In this document: positions 51,641 through 62,201 of the stretch, piece after piece | Layout of the letters: every line of letters begins with the position of its first letter | Numbering within the stretch: position 1 is the stretch's first letter | Assembly: GCA_963828165.1 (NCBI GenBank) | Contig: CAWHDR010000005.1 | Location: forward strand, 1 to 64,000 | DNA from: an uncultured Chloroflexia bacterium | GTDB taxonomy: Bacteria > Chloroflexota > Limnocylindria > Limnocylindrales > CSP1-4 | Direction of reading: 5' to 3' | DNA length: 64,000 nt | Notes under the pieces: generated by a model | What the model was told of the DNA's origin: nothing | Seen by the model: the letters and a program-made list of their open reading frames with translations, nothing else | Databases searched by the model: none | Program-made: the position numbers and the translations under genes

Positions 51641-52248
51641 GCCGGCGGGCTCGTGTAGTAGACCTCGATGGAGTCGGGGATGAACAGCCCGAACACCGTG
51701 AAGAAGCCCGGGATCAGCGTCGACTGGAAGTAGTCGACGATCTGCGAGGTCTCGAGCGCGTTCCACAACTCGCGCAGCCCAAGCAGCTCGTTCGGGTCCT
51801 GGGCGATGCCCGGCACCAGGAAGAACGAGCCTAGGATGATGATCGTCGCGCCCAGGATGATCCCGGCCTCGATCAACCCCAGCACGCCGCCGAGGATCTC
51901 ATCCGCCCAGCGGGCTTTCGCGAACAGCGGCTGCGGCTTGTACCAGCCCTGTGCGACGAGCGCGAATGCGATGACGGCGGCCAGGAACACCGTGCCGAAC
52001 CCGACCATGTAGGAGTACTGCCGCGAGAACTGCGACCAGTTGTTGGCCAGGAATGCGCCGAGCGGCTCGAACAGGTTGGCCGAGAGCAGGAACGAGAACA
52101 TGATCGCGCCGATGCCGATCACCCGGCGGATGGCGCCCTGGGCGAACCCGAGCACGAAGAACCCGATGAAAAAGAGGACGAGCAGCAGGTCGACCGTAGA
52201 CATCCCGCCGAGGAACTCCCCGAAGTCCACCGTCCCTCCTTGGAACAT
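51637..52248 (-). CDS. CvpA family membrane protein
   Basis: DLLLV..GFAQGAIR, DEILGGVLG; four TM segments. Confidence 0.8.
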   Translation of the reverse strand: MFQGGTVDFGEFLGGMSTVDLLLVLFFIGFFVLGFAQGAIRRVIGIGAIMFSFLLSANLFEPLGAFLANNWSQFSRQYSYMVGFGTVFLAAVIAFALVAQGWYKPQPLFAKARWADEILGGVLGLIEAGIILGATIIILGSFFLVPGIAQDPNELLGLRELWNALETSQIVDYFQSTLIPGFFTVFGLFIPDSIEVYYTSPPA

Positions 52249-52398
52249 GAGAATCCGCCCGAACCGTCCGGTCCGGGGCGGCGCAAGGGTAGCAGCGGCT
52301 CGCGACGCGTCGCAACCGGGACGAAGGTCGTGGGTGATGGGGACCGTCTGGTGTGGTCTGGGGCAGTCTGGTGGGGTCCGGAGACGAACCCGTTCGGT

Positions 52399-54885
52399 TT
52401 ACGTTCGGAGGTGGCCGTCCACGTCGCTGGCGAGGCCCTCGGCGACGTCCGTGACGGCGCGATCGACCTCGTCCTCGGTGAGCGTGCGGTCCCCCGCGGC
52501 GAACACCAGGCGGAACGCGAGACTGCGGCGCTCGTCGGGGAGCGGCCGGCCGCGATAGATGTCGAACAGCTCGACCGACGCAAGCAACGGCCCCGCATGG
52601 CGGTGGATGGCGGCCTCGACCTCACTCGCCGGTCGGGTGTCGGCGACGACCACGGCCAGGTCGCGCTCGACCACCGGATGGCGCGACGGCGTCCGTCCGA
52701 GCGGTACCGCCGGCTGACCCCCCGACAGGCCCGCCACGGCGAGCTCCGCCACGATGACTCGCTCCGCTCGCAACCCGAGCTCATCGATGAGCGCCGGATG
52801 TAGCTCGCCGACACGGCCCGCGATCGCGTCCGCAGCGACCGCGCCGGCGGCCCGACCGGGATGGAGCAACGGGTCGTCGATGAGGGGCGTGTACGCGGGC
52901 TGCGGCATGCCCAGCGAGCGGGCCACGAGGTCGATGAGGCCCTTGCCGTCGTCGAGGTCGTAGGGCCGGGCCGGGCGGTTCCAGGCGGGGATCTCGGCCG
53001 GACCGGTCAGGACGAAGCCGAGCCGCCACCACTCGTGGGTCCCTTCTCCATCGGCCTGCGCCGCGTACCCCTTGCCGATCTCGAAGATCCCGACGTCCGA
53101 TCCGCCCTGGCGGAGATTCGTGGCGGCCACCTCAAGGAGGCTCCCCAACAGCCGCTGGCGCATGACCGAGTGCTGGCTCGACAGCGGATTCGTCACCGTG
53201 ACCGGTCGGCCGCCGGCGGCACCCTCCCCGGCGATGACCGGGTCATCCACGGCCGGGAAGCGCTCGACCATCGCGGGCGACACGAGGGCGAACGACACCG
53301 CCTCGGACAGTCCCGCCCCGGCAAGGACCTCGCGCACCGTGTCCCGGAGGCGCAACGGCGATGGCCGGTACGACGGCATCGGCGTGTCCGGCAGGATGTC
53401 GGGGATGAGCTCGTAGCCACGGATCCGGGCGACTTCCTCGGTGACGTCCGCCTCGATCTCGAGGTCACGGCGCCAGGACGGGACGGTCGCCACGAGCACA
53501 TCCGCCTCGGAGGCGTCCACCTCGAGCGGGTTCGGGCCACCGGCCACGACCACCCGGGCGCCCGCGGTTGCCGGCTCCGTCGCGACACCGACCCGCGACA
53601 ACACGGCACGCTGCTCCTCGGCCGATACGTCCACGCCCAGCAGCCGACTGACGCGTGCCGGTCGGAACGGCACGCGCGTCGGCGACGGCTCCGTCGGGTT
53701 GCTGTCGATGACGCCCTTCGCCACGGCGCCGCCGGCCCATTCCTGGATGAGCCGGGCAGTCCGATCCGCCCCAAGCCGCGCGAGTCGATGCTCCTGGCCC
53801 TTTTCGAACCGGAGGCTCGCCTCGGAGCGGAGTGCGTAGCGGAAGGCGGTGCGGCGGATGCTGACCGGATCGAAGATCGCCGATTCGATGATGACGTCGG
53901 TCGTGGCGGCCGCGACCTCGGACGTGGCCGCGCCCATGACCCCCGCGATCCCCAGGGGCCCGGCAGGATCGGCGATGAGCAGGGTCTCCGGCTCGAGCTC
54001 GCGCTCGACGTGGTCGAGCGTCTCCATCCGTTCGCCCTCGCGTGCGAGGCGGACGATGATCCGGCCGTCGTGGACGGCGGTCGCGTCGAACACGTGGATC
54101 GGCTTGCCGAGCTCCAGCATCACGTAGTTGCTGACATCGACCACGTTGCTGACCGGCCGCTGACCGGCCGCCATGAGGCGCATCTGGACGTGATCGGGTG
54201 ACGGCCCGACCGTCACGCCGCTCACAGCCCGCGCCACGAACCTCGGACATAGTGCCGGTTCCTCGACGGCGACCGCCAGGCGACCCTCGATCGGATCGCC
54301 TCCCTCCGGTGGATCGGTCTCGGGAAAGCGGACGTCCGCTCCGGTCACTGCCGCGACCTCCCGGGCGAGCCCGATCATCGAGAGCGCGTCGCCGCGGTTC
54401 GGCTTGACGTCGACGTCGAGGACCACGTCGCCATAGAGGTCCGCCAACGCCAACCCGATCTGGGTCTCCGGCGGGAGGATGAGGATGCCGTCCCCATCGG
54501 CGGTCAGCCGCAGCTCGTCGCCGGAGCACAGCATGCCGTTGCTCGCGACACCCATCTTCTCGGTGCGCTCGATCCGACGGTCGCCCGGCAGGACCGCGCC
54601 CGGCAGCGCCACCGGCACGCGCTGCCCGGCGACGATGTTGGTGGCGCCGCACACGATCTCGAGCGGCTCACCGCTCCCCACGGACACCCGCGTGAGCGAC
54701 AGGCGGTCGGCTTGCGGATGGGGTTCCACGCTGAGAAGCTCGCCGACGACGACGTTCTCCCAGTCCGCGCCCCAGCGCTCGAGCCCCTTGACCTCCATCC
54801 CGAGCAGCGTCAACCGCTCGGCCAGCTGTTCCGGGGTCAGCTGGATATCGACGTAGTCGCGCAACCAGGAAAGCGGGACTCTCAC
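52399..54885 (-). CDS. pheT: Phenylalanine--tRNA ligase beta subunit
   Basis: VPLSWLRDY, HPQADRL, CGATN, PNRGD, PSWRRDL, RDLAVV. Confidence 0.97.
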   Translation of the reverse strand: MRVPLSWLRDYVDIQLTPEQLAERLTLLGMEVKGLERWGADWENVVVGELLSVEPHPQADRLSLTRVSVGSGEPLEIVCGATNIVAGQRVPVALPGAVLPGDRRIERTEKMGVASNGMLCSGDELRLTADGDGILILPPETQIGLALADLYGDVVLDVDVKPNRGDALSMIGLAREVAAVTGADVRFPETDPPEGGDPIEGRLAVAVEEPALCPRFVARAVSGVTVGPSPDHVQMRLMAAGQRPVSNVVDVSNYVMLELGKPIHVFDATAVHDGRIIVRLAREGERMETLDHVERELEPETLLIADPAGPLGIAGVMGAATSEVAAATTDVIIESAIFDPVSIRRTAFRYALRSEASLRFEKGQEHRLARLGADRTARLIQEWAGGAVAKGVIDSNPTEPSPTRVPFRPARVSRLLGVDVSAEEQRAVLSRVGVATEPATAGARVVVAGGPNPLEVDASEADVLVATVPSWRRDLEIEADVTEEVARIRGYELIPDILPDTPMPSYRPSPLRLRDTVREVLAGAGLSEAVSFALVSPAMVERFPAVDDPVIAGEGAAGGRPVTVTNPLSSQHSVMRQRLLGSLLEVAATNLRQGGSDVGIFEIGKGYAAQADGEGTHEWWRLGFVLTGPAEIPAWNRPARPYDLDDGKGLIDLVARSLGMPQPAYTPLIDDPLLHPGRAAGAVAADAIAGRVGELHPALIDELGLRAERVIVAELAVAGLSGGQPAVPLGRTPSRHPVVERDLAVVVADTRPASEVEAAIHRHAGPLLASVELFDIYRGRPLPDERRSLAFRLVFAAGDRTLTEDEVDRAVTDVAEGLASDVDGHLRT

Positions 54886-55922
54886 CGGAATTGCCCCAGG
54901 AAGCGCAGGTCGTTTTCCATGTAGAGGCGCAGGTCGCCGACGCTGTGGCGCAGATTTGCGATGCGCTCGACACCCATCCCGAACGCGAAACCCTGGTAGC
55001 GCTCGGGATCGAGCCCGCCGTACTGGAGCACGACCGGGTGGACCATTCCGGCGCCAAGGATCGTCATCCAGCCGGTGCGCGAGCAGGCAGGACACCCGGA
55101 CCCGCCGCAGACGACGCATTCGACGTCGAACGCCACAGACGGCTCAGTGAACGGGTAGTAGCCGGGGCGGAAGCGGGTCCGCTTGTCCGCCCCGTACATG
55201 GCCTTGGCGAACTGGTCGAGGAGGCCCTTGAGATCGGCCATCGTCGTGCCCTCGTCGACCATGAGGCCCTCGACCTGGAAGAACTCCGACGCGTGGCTCG
55301 CGTCGATCGCCTCGTAGCGGAAGCAGCGGCCCGGGAGCAGGGCACGGATCGGCGGGCGTTCCTCGTGCATGACCCGGATCTGGCCGGGCGACGTGTGCGT
55401 CCGCAGAAGGTGGCCCTCGACGTCGACATACAGCGTGTCCCACAGGTCGCGGGCCGGGTGGTCGGGCGGGATGTTGAGCATCTGGAAGTTGCGAACGTCA
55501 TCCTCGATCTCTGGGCCCTCGTACACGACGAAGCCGAAGCGCCCGAAGATCTCGGCGATCTCCGAGATCGTCTCGTTGATCGGGTGACGGCTGCCGCGCC
55601 GGATCGGGCGGCCGGGCGTGGTGACGTCGACCGCCTCGGCGACCAGCCGCGCCGTCAACTCCGAGCCGCGGAGTTCCGCGCCGCGCGCCGTCAGTGCTCC
55701 CGTGATGGCGCCCCGGACGGCGTTCGCGATCGCGCCCACCTGTGGCCGCTCCTCGGGCGGCAGGGCGCCGATCCCGCGCAGCACTCCGGTGAGGCGGCCC
55801 TTCTTGCCGAGGATGTCGAGTTCGAGCGCTTCGAGCGCGGCAACGTCCGCAGCGGCCGCGACCGCGGCCAACGCCTCCCCCTGGAGCGCCTCGAGATCGC
55901 GAGTCAGGTCGGCGAGGTCCAC
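54882..55922 (-). CDS. pheS: Phenylalanine--tRNA ligase alpha subunit
   Basis: HPARD, LRTHTS, FFQVEG, YPFTEPS, GFAFGMGVER. Confidence 0.98.
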   Translation of the reverse strand: MDLADLTRDLEALQGEALAAVAAAADVAALEALELDILGKKGRLTGVLRGIGALPPEERPQVGAIANAVRGAITGALTARGAELRGSELTARLVAEAVDVTTPGRPIRRGSRHPINETISEIAEIFGRFGFVVYEGPEIEDDVRNFQMLNIPPDHPARDLWDTLYVDVEGHLLRTHTSPGQIRVMHEERPPIRALLPGRCFRYEAIDASHASEFFQVEGLMVDEGTTMADLKGLLDQFAKAMYGADKRTRFRPGYYPFTEPSVAFDVECVVCGGSGCPACSRTGWMTILGAGMVHPVVLQYGGLDPERYQGFAFGMGVERIANLRHSVGDLRLYMENDLRFLGQFR

Positions 55923-56007
55923 GGTCTAATCCTCGGGCTGATGGCTCGCGGAGCGTCGCCTCGGTCTTCCGAGAGCGACTTCGCAGACGCTTGAGCCGCC
56001 CGGAGGC

Positions 56008-56358
56008 CTACGCGGTCTTGGCCAGCTCGACGATGCGACCGAACGTCTCGCTGTCGCGGACCGCGAGGTCGGCCAGGATCTTGCGGTCGATCTCGATCTT
56101 CGCCTTCTTGAGCCCGGCGATGAACTGCCCGTAGGTCAGCCCGTTCTGGCGGGCGGCCGCGTTGATCCTGACGATCCACAGCTCGCGCATCTGGCGCTTG
56201 CGCTGCTTCCGGTCGCGGGTCGCGTAAGCGAGCGCGTGCAGCAACGCCTCGCGGGCGGGCTTGATCAGCTTCGACTTCGTGCCCTTGCGGCCCTCGGCGG
56301 CCTTGAGCAGGCGCTTGTGGCGCTTGTGTGAGGTGACGCCTCGCTTGACTCGTGCCAT
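56008..56358 (-). CDS. rplT: 50S ribosomal protein L20
   Basis: [33 protein letters not shown]. Confidence 0.98.
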   Translation of the reverse strand: MARVKRGVTSHKRHKRLLKAAEGRKGTKSKLIKPAREALLHALAYATRDRKQRKRQMRELWIVRINAAARQNGLTYGQFIAGLKKAKIEIDRKILADLAVRDSETFGRIVELAKTA

Positions 56359-56374
56359 GTCGGTATTCGGGCTC

Positions 56375-56572
56375 CTAGAGGTACGGGAGCAGGCGGCGGA
56401 CCTGCCGTGCGTGGGAGTGCGGGATCAGGGCCTTGCCGGCGTACCGGCGCGTCCGTCGAGACGACTTGATCTCGAGATGGTGGCCACGCCATGCCTTGAC
56501 CCGGACGAACTTGCCGGAGCCGGTCGCGCCGATGCGCTTCTGGGCTGCCTTGTGGCTCTTCATCTTCGGCAC
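56375..56572 (-). CDS. rpmI: 50S ribosomal protein L35
   Basis: [22 protein letters not shown]. Confidence 0.95.
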   Translation of the reverse strand: MPKMKSHKAAQKRIGATGSGKFVRVKAWRGHHLEIKSSRRTRRYAGKALIPHSHARQVRRLLPYL

Positions 56573-56579
56573 GGTCGGC

Positions 56580-57464
56580 TCACTCTCCTGTCGGCACCGG
56601 CTCGGGCACCGGCTTCGATTCGCTTCTTGTCGCGGCGGGTGCCGGGGCCGCGGTCGCCGCGGCGGCCGGCGGGGCCGCTGGTTTCGTCTTCGTGGCCCCG
56701 TCTTCGGTCGGGGCCTTGGCCGGTGCTGCGTCGGTGGCCTTGGCCGGAGCCGACGCCGCTGTGGCCGTGGCCTTGGCGGGAGCCACGACCGCCTGTGCGG
56801 GCGCAGCCGGAGCCTTGGCCGGTGGTGCGGTCGCGGCCGGGGCCTCGACCGTGGCCGCCTCGGTTCCCTCCTCCGCCTCGGCCGGGATGGCCAGGGCGTC
56901 GGCGGGGACCTCGTCGACCGCGTGCTTGCGGTCCGGGGCATCGTGGCTCTTGGGCTTGTGGGTCGATGCCATCGTGATGTGCATCGACTTGCCTTCGAGC
57001 AACGGCGTCCGTTCCGCTACTCCGTGATCCTTGACTCGATCCACGAACCTGGTGATGAGGTTCCGCCCGATCTCCGGGTGGGTCAGCTCCCGACCGCGGA
57101 AGCGGACGGTCACCTTGATCCGATCACCATCTTCGAGGAATTCGATCGCGCGGTGGACCTTGGTATCGAAGTCACCGACGCCGATCTTGGGCGACAGGCG
57201 GACTTCCTTGAACGTCACCGAGCGCTGCTTGCGCTTGGCTTCCTTCTCCCGCTTCGTCAGCTCGTACTTGTACTGACCGAAATCGAGGAACTTGACCACC
57301 GGGGGTTGCGCCATCGGGGCGACCTCGACGAGATCGTATCCCCGCTCCTGCGCCATCTCGAGGGCTTGCGGCGTGGGCATGACGCCCAGCTGAGCACCCT
57401 CTTCATCGACCACCCGAACCTGTGGGATCCGGATCATCTGGTTTACGCGCAGGTCTCGACTGAT
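56580..57464 (-). CDS. infC: Translation initiation factor IF-3 with Ala/Pro-rich C-terminal extension
   Basis: LRVNQMIR, DLVEVAP, DFGQYKYE, KEVRL, FRGRE; in-frame ATC start after SD AGGGGTG. Confidence 0.95.
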   Translation of the reverse strand: MSRDLRVNQMIRIPQVRVVDEEGAQLGVMPTPQALEMAQERGYDLVEVAPMAQPPVVKFLDFGQYKYELTKREKEAKRKQRSVTFKEVRLSPKIGVGDFDTKVHRAIEFLEDGDRIKVTVRFRGRELTHPEIGRNLITRFVDRVKDHGVAERTPLLEGKSMHITMASTHKPKSHDAPDRKHAVDEVPADALAIPAEAEEGTEAATVEAPAATAPPAKAPAAPAQAVVAPAKATATAASAPAKATDAAPAKAPTEDGATKTKPAAPPAAAATAAPAPAATRSESKPVPEPVPTGE

Positions 57465-57640
57465 GGTTCACCCCTTGTTTACTGCTGGTCCATTCGACCG
57501 GCATGGGGGCATACGTCCCCCTACCGGGCGAGCCGGCAGGATAGCACACGGGTTCTGAACGCGACAACGGACGGGCTGGACGACGGCCTCGAAAATCCAA
57601 CCCGAGTTCCCATGCGATCAGCCCCGAACCGCCGGGCTTT

Positions 57641-57822
57641 CCCGGATATCGCCCGGAGCGATGCTACGCGTCGCCGAGCCAGCCCAAGGCCCCCGCGCGG
57701 GTGCTCGGCGGGCCGAACCCTGTCGGAATATCGCTCAGGGCGATCAGCGGTGGTGGAATCGCTCCCCCCGGAGGCATGCGCCGGTTCTCGCCGCGCGTTG
57801 CATCGCCGGTGGCGATATCCGG
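57641..57822. repeat. Cluster of three REP-like palindromes
   Basis: CCCGGATATCGCCCGGAGCGAT (57641), CGGAATATCGCTCAGGGCGAT (57724), inverted ATCGCCGGTGGCGATATCCGG (57802). Confidence 0.6.
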
Positions 57823-57893
57823 TAAGCCTCGGACGGTTGCGCCGCAACCTCGTGATCCCGACTCTTGATCAGTTCGTGGCGCGACCAGGCCCC

Positions 57894-59732
57894 CTACGCG
57901 ATCGTCCGCGCCCGGCTCTCCTCGGCCAGTCGGTCGGCGAACTCGTCCCACGGCTGGGGATCCTGCTGCTCCCCTGCCCTGGTCCGCGGCGAGGCCGTGC
58001 GAGCCTCGATCTCGCGGTCGCCCAGCACGACCATGTACGGCACCTTCTGCTCTTGCGCCGTCCGGATCTTGTACTGCATCCGGTTGGATGAGCCGTCGAC
58101 CTCCACTCGCAGGCCGCGCGAGCGCAGCACCGCGGCGAACTCCTCGGCCGCCTCGAGGTGGCGATCCGCGATGGGGATGACGACCGCCTGGACGGGCGCG
58201 AGCCACAGGGGAAACGCCCCCGCGAAGTGCTCCACGAGGATCCCGATGAACCGCTCGAGCGACCCGTAGATCGCCCGGTGGATGGCGATCGGGCGCTGCG
58301 GCTGGCCCGCCTCGTCGATGTAGGTCAGGTCGAAGCGCTCTGGCAGCATCACGAGGTCGCACTGGATCGTGGCCATCTGCCACTCGCGGCCCAGGGCGTC
58401 ATCGATGTAGATGTCGATCTTGGGCGCGTAGAACGTGCCGTCCTTGGGCTTGGTGACGAACGCGACGCCGGTTCGCATCAGCGTCGCGTGGATGAGCTCC
58501 TCGGCTCGCTCCCAGAGCGCGGGGTCGCCGATCGCCTTGTCCGGCTTGGTCGCGAACGCGAAGCGCGGCGTCAGGCCGAACCACGAGTACGCCTCCCTGA
58601 CCTCGCCGAGAATCGCCTCGAGCTCGTCCGACAGCTGGTCGGGGCGAACGTAGACATGCCCGTCGTCCTGGATGAACTGGCGGACCCGGGTCAGCCCGCT
58701 CAGTGCGCCGGAGCGCTCGTTGCGATGGAGCCGGCCGAACTCGCTGAAGCGGAGCGGCAGGTCCCGGTACGAGCGCAGCTTCGAGCGGTAGATGATCGTG
58801 GATTCGGGGCAGTTCATCGGCTTGAGGCTGAAGAGCTGCTTCTCGCTCTCGACGATGAACATGTTCTCCGCGTAGTGGTCCCAGTGCCCGGACTGGCGCC
58901 ACAGGCGCTCGCTGACCAGGATCGGCGTCGAGATCTCCTGGTAGCCGCGACGGTCCTGCAACTCGCGCATCGAGCTCTCCAGGGTCCGCCAGATTCGCTG
59001 GCCCTTGGGATGCCAGAAGGCCGAGCCCGGGGAGACGTCGTGGAACGAGTACAGGTCGAGCGCGACGCCGAGCCGGCGGTGATCGCGCTTCTTCGCCTCG
59101 GCCCGGCGCTCGAGGTAGAGGTCGAGCTCGTCCTGGGTCGCCCAGGCCGTCCCGTAGACGCGCTGGAGCATCGGCCGCTTCTCGTCGCCGCGCCAGTACG
59201 CTCCGGCCGTGCCGAGGAGCTTGAACGGACCGATCTTGCCGGTGCTGGCGACATGCGGGCCACGACAGAGGTCGATGAACGGACCCTGGCGGTAGAAGGT
59301 CGTCGGCGGCATGGGCGTGCCGTCGCGCTCCGCGGCGGCCGCAAGGTCGTCCACGATCTCGACCTTGAACGGCTGGTCGCGCTCGACGAGCGCGGCACGT
59401 GCCCCCTCCGGGGTCTCCTCGCTGAGCTCGAAGGGGTGGTCGGCGGCGATGCTCTCGCGCATCCGTGCCTCGATGGCGGGGAGATCCTCCGGGGTCAACG
59501 GCCGCGGCAGCAGGAAGTCGTAGTAGAAGCCGTCGTCGATGACGGGACCGATGCCGAGCTTCGTGCCTGGGAACAGGTCCAGGACGGCCTCTGCCAGGAC
59601 GTGTGCAGCGCTGTGACGCATCGGCCCGAGCTCACCCGCCGCGCCGTGGTCCATGAGTTCGTCCGCCTCGCGCCGCTCGGGCGCGTCCGGCAGCGCTTCC
59701 TCGACCTCGATCTCTTGTTCGTCCTCGACCAT
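57894..59732 (-). CDS. thrS: Threonine--tRNA ligase
   Basis: RHSAAH, DLCRGPH, GAYWRGD, KPMNCP, GLTRVR, HRAIYGSLERF. Confidence 0.98.
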   Translation of the reverse strand: MVEDEQEIEVEEALPDAPERREADELMDHGAAGELGPMRHSAAHVLAEAVLDLFPGTKLGIGPVIDDGFYYDFLLPRPLTPEDLPAIEARMRESIAADHPFELSEETPEGARAALVERDQPFKVEIVDDLAAAAERDGTPMPPTTFYRQGPFIDLCRGPHVASTGKIGPFKLLGTAGAYWRGDEKRPMLQRVYGTAWATQDELDLYLERRAEAKKRDHRRLGVALDLYSFHDVSPGSAFWHPKGQRIWRTLESSMRELQDRRGYQEISTPILVSERLWRQSGHWDHYAENMFIVESEKQLFSLKPMNCPESTIIYRSKLRSYRDLPLRFSEFGRLHRNERSGALSGLTRVRQFIQDDGHVYVRPDQLSDELEAILGEVREAYSWFGLTPRFAFATKPDKAIGDPALWERAEELIHATLMRTGVAFVTKPKDGTFYAPKIDIYIDDALGREWQMATIQCDLVMLPERFDLTYIDEAGQPQRPIAIHRAIYGSLERFIGILVEHFAGAFPLWLAPVQAVVIPIADRHLEAAEEFAAVLRSRGLRVEVDGSSNRMQYKIRTAQEQKVPYMVVLGDREIEARTASPRTRAGEQQDPQPWDEFADRLAEESRARTIA

Positions 59733-59749
59733 CAGGTCCTCCCTGGAAT

Positions 59750-59985
59750 CACGAAACCCCTCGTCCCTTGGCTGGACGAGAGGTCTGCTCCCGCGGTCCC
59801 ACCGGCCTTCACCGACGCCGATCGACGGCGGTGCGCTCGCGTGTCGCGCTAACGGGCGACGCCCGGATCGGTTCACCGATCGCTCACGGGTGGTGCCGTC
59901 CGTAGATCGATCGCCGGGTCTTGCAGCCCTGGGGCCCGGCTCTCTTTGGATCGTCCGGCTCGGAACGGCGTGTCCCGCTCGACGC
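59750..59985 (-). promoter_or_regulatory. T-box riboswitch (Thr) upstream of thrS
   Basis: Minus strand: AGAGAG and GGCTG stem I motifs, specifier ACC, T-box GGTGGGACCGCG, terminator CCTCTCGTCC..GGACGAGGGG-TTT. Confidence 0.85.
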
Positions 59986-60000
59986 TCTTTCGATTCGATG

Positions 60001-60077
60001 TGGTGGGCGACACTGGACTCGAACCAGTGACCTCTTGCATGTCAAGCAAGTGCTCTAACCAGCTGAGCTAGCCGCCC
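60001..60077 (-). tRNA. tRNA-Val(GAC)
   Basis: GGGCGGCTAGCTCAGCTGGTTAGAGC..CTTGC-TT-GAC-AT-GCAAG..GGTTCGAGTCC..CCA. Confidence 0.97.
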
Positions 60078-60273
60078 GCGTCGCGGGCCCATTTGCGTCA
60101 CGTCCTCGCATCTCGTTGGCTCACGGGGTGTTCCACGTCCCGCGACAAGATTCGTGACCTTGGCGTTCCTGAGCCTGCGGCCCGGGAATGCTACCAGAGG
60201 CCGGCGCGAGCCGACAACGACGGCGGCATCGGCCGAACCGGCGACCGAGGCCGCTAGCTCGCAGGCTGGCGAC

Positions 60274-60426
60274 CTAATAGGCCGGCTGCGAGACGACGCT
60301 CGGCGCGGGGGCGGTCGCGTCGGGTGCCGGCGCGCCTTGCGAACCGGCGCCGCCGCCCGACGGCGCCGTGCAAGCCGCCAGCAGCCCAACGACGATGATC
60401 ACGCACGCGATGAGGGATCGGCGCAT
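60274..60426 (-). CDS. Small putative lipoprotein (50 aa)
   Basis: MRRSLIACVIIVVGLLAAC lipobox; AGGAG SD. Confidence 0.6.
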   Translation of the reverse strand: MRRSLIACVIIVVGLLAACTAPSGGGAGSQGAPAPDATAPAPSVVSQPAY

Positions 60427-60515
60427 GAAGCGTTCTCCTTCTGGGTTCCGCCCCAACGTTCGTCTCGGATCCGGTACGACGGCCAGCGAGTCGCGGTTTC
60501 GGTGATGATGCCCCC

Positions 60516-61370
60516 GTGGACGGTTACGAGCTCATCGATGCCGGCGGGGGCGCTCGCCTGGAACGCTTCGGCGCGCACGTGATCGACCGGCCACATGGCG
60601 GTGCCTACGGCGAGCGGCGGGCGCCCGAGCGCTGGAGAGAGGCAGATCTGCGCTTCGATCGCGACGTGGGGTGGTCGGGGCCGGGTCTGGCGGAGGCCGG
60701 CGACGGCTGGGCCACCACGATCCAGGGACTGGAGATGAGCCTTCGGCCGACCGATTCCGGGCAGGTCGGCTGCTTTCCCGAGCATGCGGCCGTGCTGCCG
60801 TGGCTTCGAGAAGGTGTCGAGCTCCGGCGCGCGACGGCTCCGGACGACGCTGCCCCGGTGCGGCTGCTGCACCTCTTCGCGTACACGGGGCTCGCGACGC
60901 TGGCCGTGGCTGCCGCGGGAGCCGCGGTCGCGCACGTCGATTCGGCCCGGCCAGCCGTCGCCTGGGCGCGGCGCAACGCGGCGGCAAACGGTCTCGGGGA
61001 CGCCCCCATCCGCTGGCTCGTCGACGACGCCCGGGCGTACGTCGCGCGTGAGCGCCGACGCGGCAGCCGGTACGACGCGATCACGCTCGACCCGCCGACC
61101 TACGGCCACGGCGCCTCCGGAAGACCGTGGCGCCTTGACACCGACCTGGACCCGCTCCTCGCCGATTGCCGGGCGATCCTCTCGCCAGACGGATTCCTCC
61201 TGCTTACCGCCCACACGGAACACCTGGGTGAGGATCAGCTCGCCGGCCGCCTCGGGCTGGCCCTCCGCCGCGCGGCAGCCGACATCGAGACCGGGGACCT
61301 GCGCCTCGACGCGACGTCGGGCGCGAGTCTGGGGCTCGGTGTCTTCGCGCGCTGGGACGGCGCAAGATGA
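60516..61370 (+). CDS. Class I SAM-dependent methyltransferase (RlmI/YwbD-like)
   Basis: YELIDAG..RLERFG, VGCFPEH, LHLFAYTG, LDPPTYG. Confidence 0.9.
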   Translation: MDGYELIDAGGGARLERFGAHVIDRPHGGAYGERRAPERWREADLRFDRDVGWSGPGLAEAGDGWATTIQGLEMSLRPTDSGQVGCFPEHAAVLPWLREGVELRRATAPDDAAPVRLLHLFAYTGLATLAVAAAGAAVAHVDSARPAVAWARRNAAANGLGDAPIRWLVDDARAYVARERRRGSRYDAITLDPPTYGHGASGRPWRLDTDLDPLLADCRAILSPDGFLLLTAHTEHLGEDQLAGRLGLALRRAAADIETGDLRLDATSGASLGLGVFARWDGAR

Positions 61371-62197
61371 CGACGATGTCCGAAGCAGCGCTGGCGAGCC
61401 CGTCCAATCCTCGGATCAAGGCGGCCGCGCGCCTGCGGGAACGCCGGGAGCGGGACAAGCGGGGCCTGACGCTCGTCGATGGCGCGCGCGAGCTGCGACG
61501 CGCCCTCGAGGCGGGCGTCGAGGTCATGGAGGCATTCGTCTGCGAACCCCAGGTCGCCGGGGAGGACGCCCGGACCGCCTTGGACGAGCTCCGGTCCAGC
61601 AACGTGGCGGTGACGACCACCACCGAAGCCGCGTTCGCGAAGCTGGCATTCGGCGACCGGGCCGAGGGCCTCGTGGCCGTCGTACGTGCGCCGTCGCTCG
61701 CCCTCGACGACCTCACGTTGCCCGTGGACCCGCTGCTCGTCGTCATCGAAGGCGTGGAGAAGCCCGGCAACCTCGGTGCCGTGCTGCGCAGCGCGGACGG
61801 GGCCGGGGTCGACGCGCTGATCGCGGCCTCACCGCTCACAGACCTCGCGAACCCGAACGTCATCCGGGCGAGTGCCGGCACCATCTTCACGGTCCCCATG
61901 GCCGCCGCTCCCACGGACGAGGCGCTTCGCTGGCTGCGCGATCGCCGCATCCGCATCGTCGCGGCACGGGTCGATGCCACGGAGGCTTACACGGAGCTGG
62001 ATCTGACGGGCCCCGTCGCCATCGTGCTGGGCTCGGAGGCGGAGGGGCTCACGGACGCCTGGCTCGGACCGGACATCGAGGCGGTCCACCTCCCGATGCT
62101 GGGCGTCGCCGACAGCCTCAACGTCTCGGTGACGGCGGCAATCCTCGTGTACGAGGCGCGCCGGCAACGCACCGGTCATCCGAGGGAGGCAGACTGA
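61367..62197 (+). CDS. TrmH/SpoU family RNA methyltransferase
   Basis: SPSNPRIK, EKPGNLGAVLRSAD, GSEAEGL, DSLNVS. Confidence 0.94.
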   Translation: MTTMSEAALASPSNPRIKAAARLRERRERDKRGLTLVDGARELRRALEAGVEVMEAFVCEPQVAGEDARTALDELRSSNVAVTTTTEAAFAKLAFGDRAEGLVAVVRAPSLALDDLTLPVDPLLVVIEGVEKPGNLGAVLRSADGAGVDALIAASPLTDLANPNVIRASAGTIFTVPMAAAPTDEALRWLRDRRIRIVAARVDATEAYTELDLTGPVAIVLGSEAEGLTDAWLGPDIEAVHLPMLGVADSLNVSVTAAILVYEARRQRTGHPREAD

Positions 62198-62201
62198 CCC
62201 G

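Noticed and set aside
60001-60077. tRNA-Val as the island's integration site
   Set aside because: It is 37 kb from the island and I saw no duplicated tRNA 3' end
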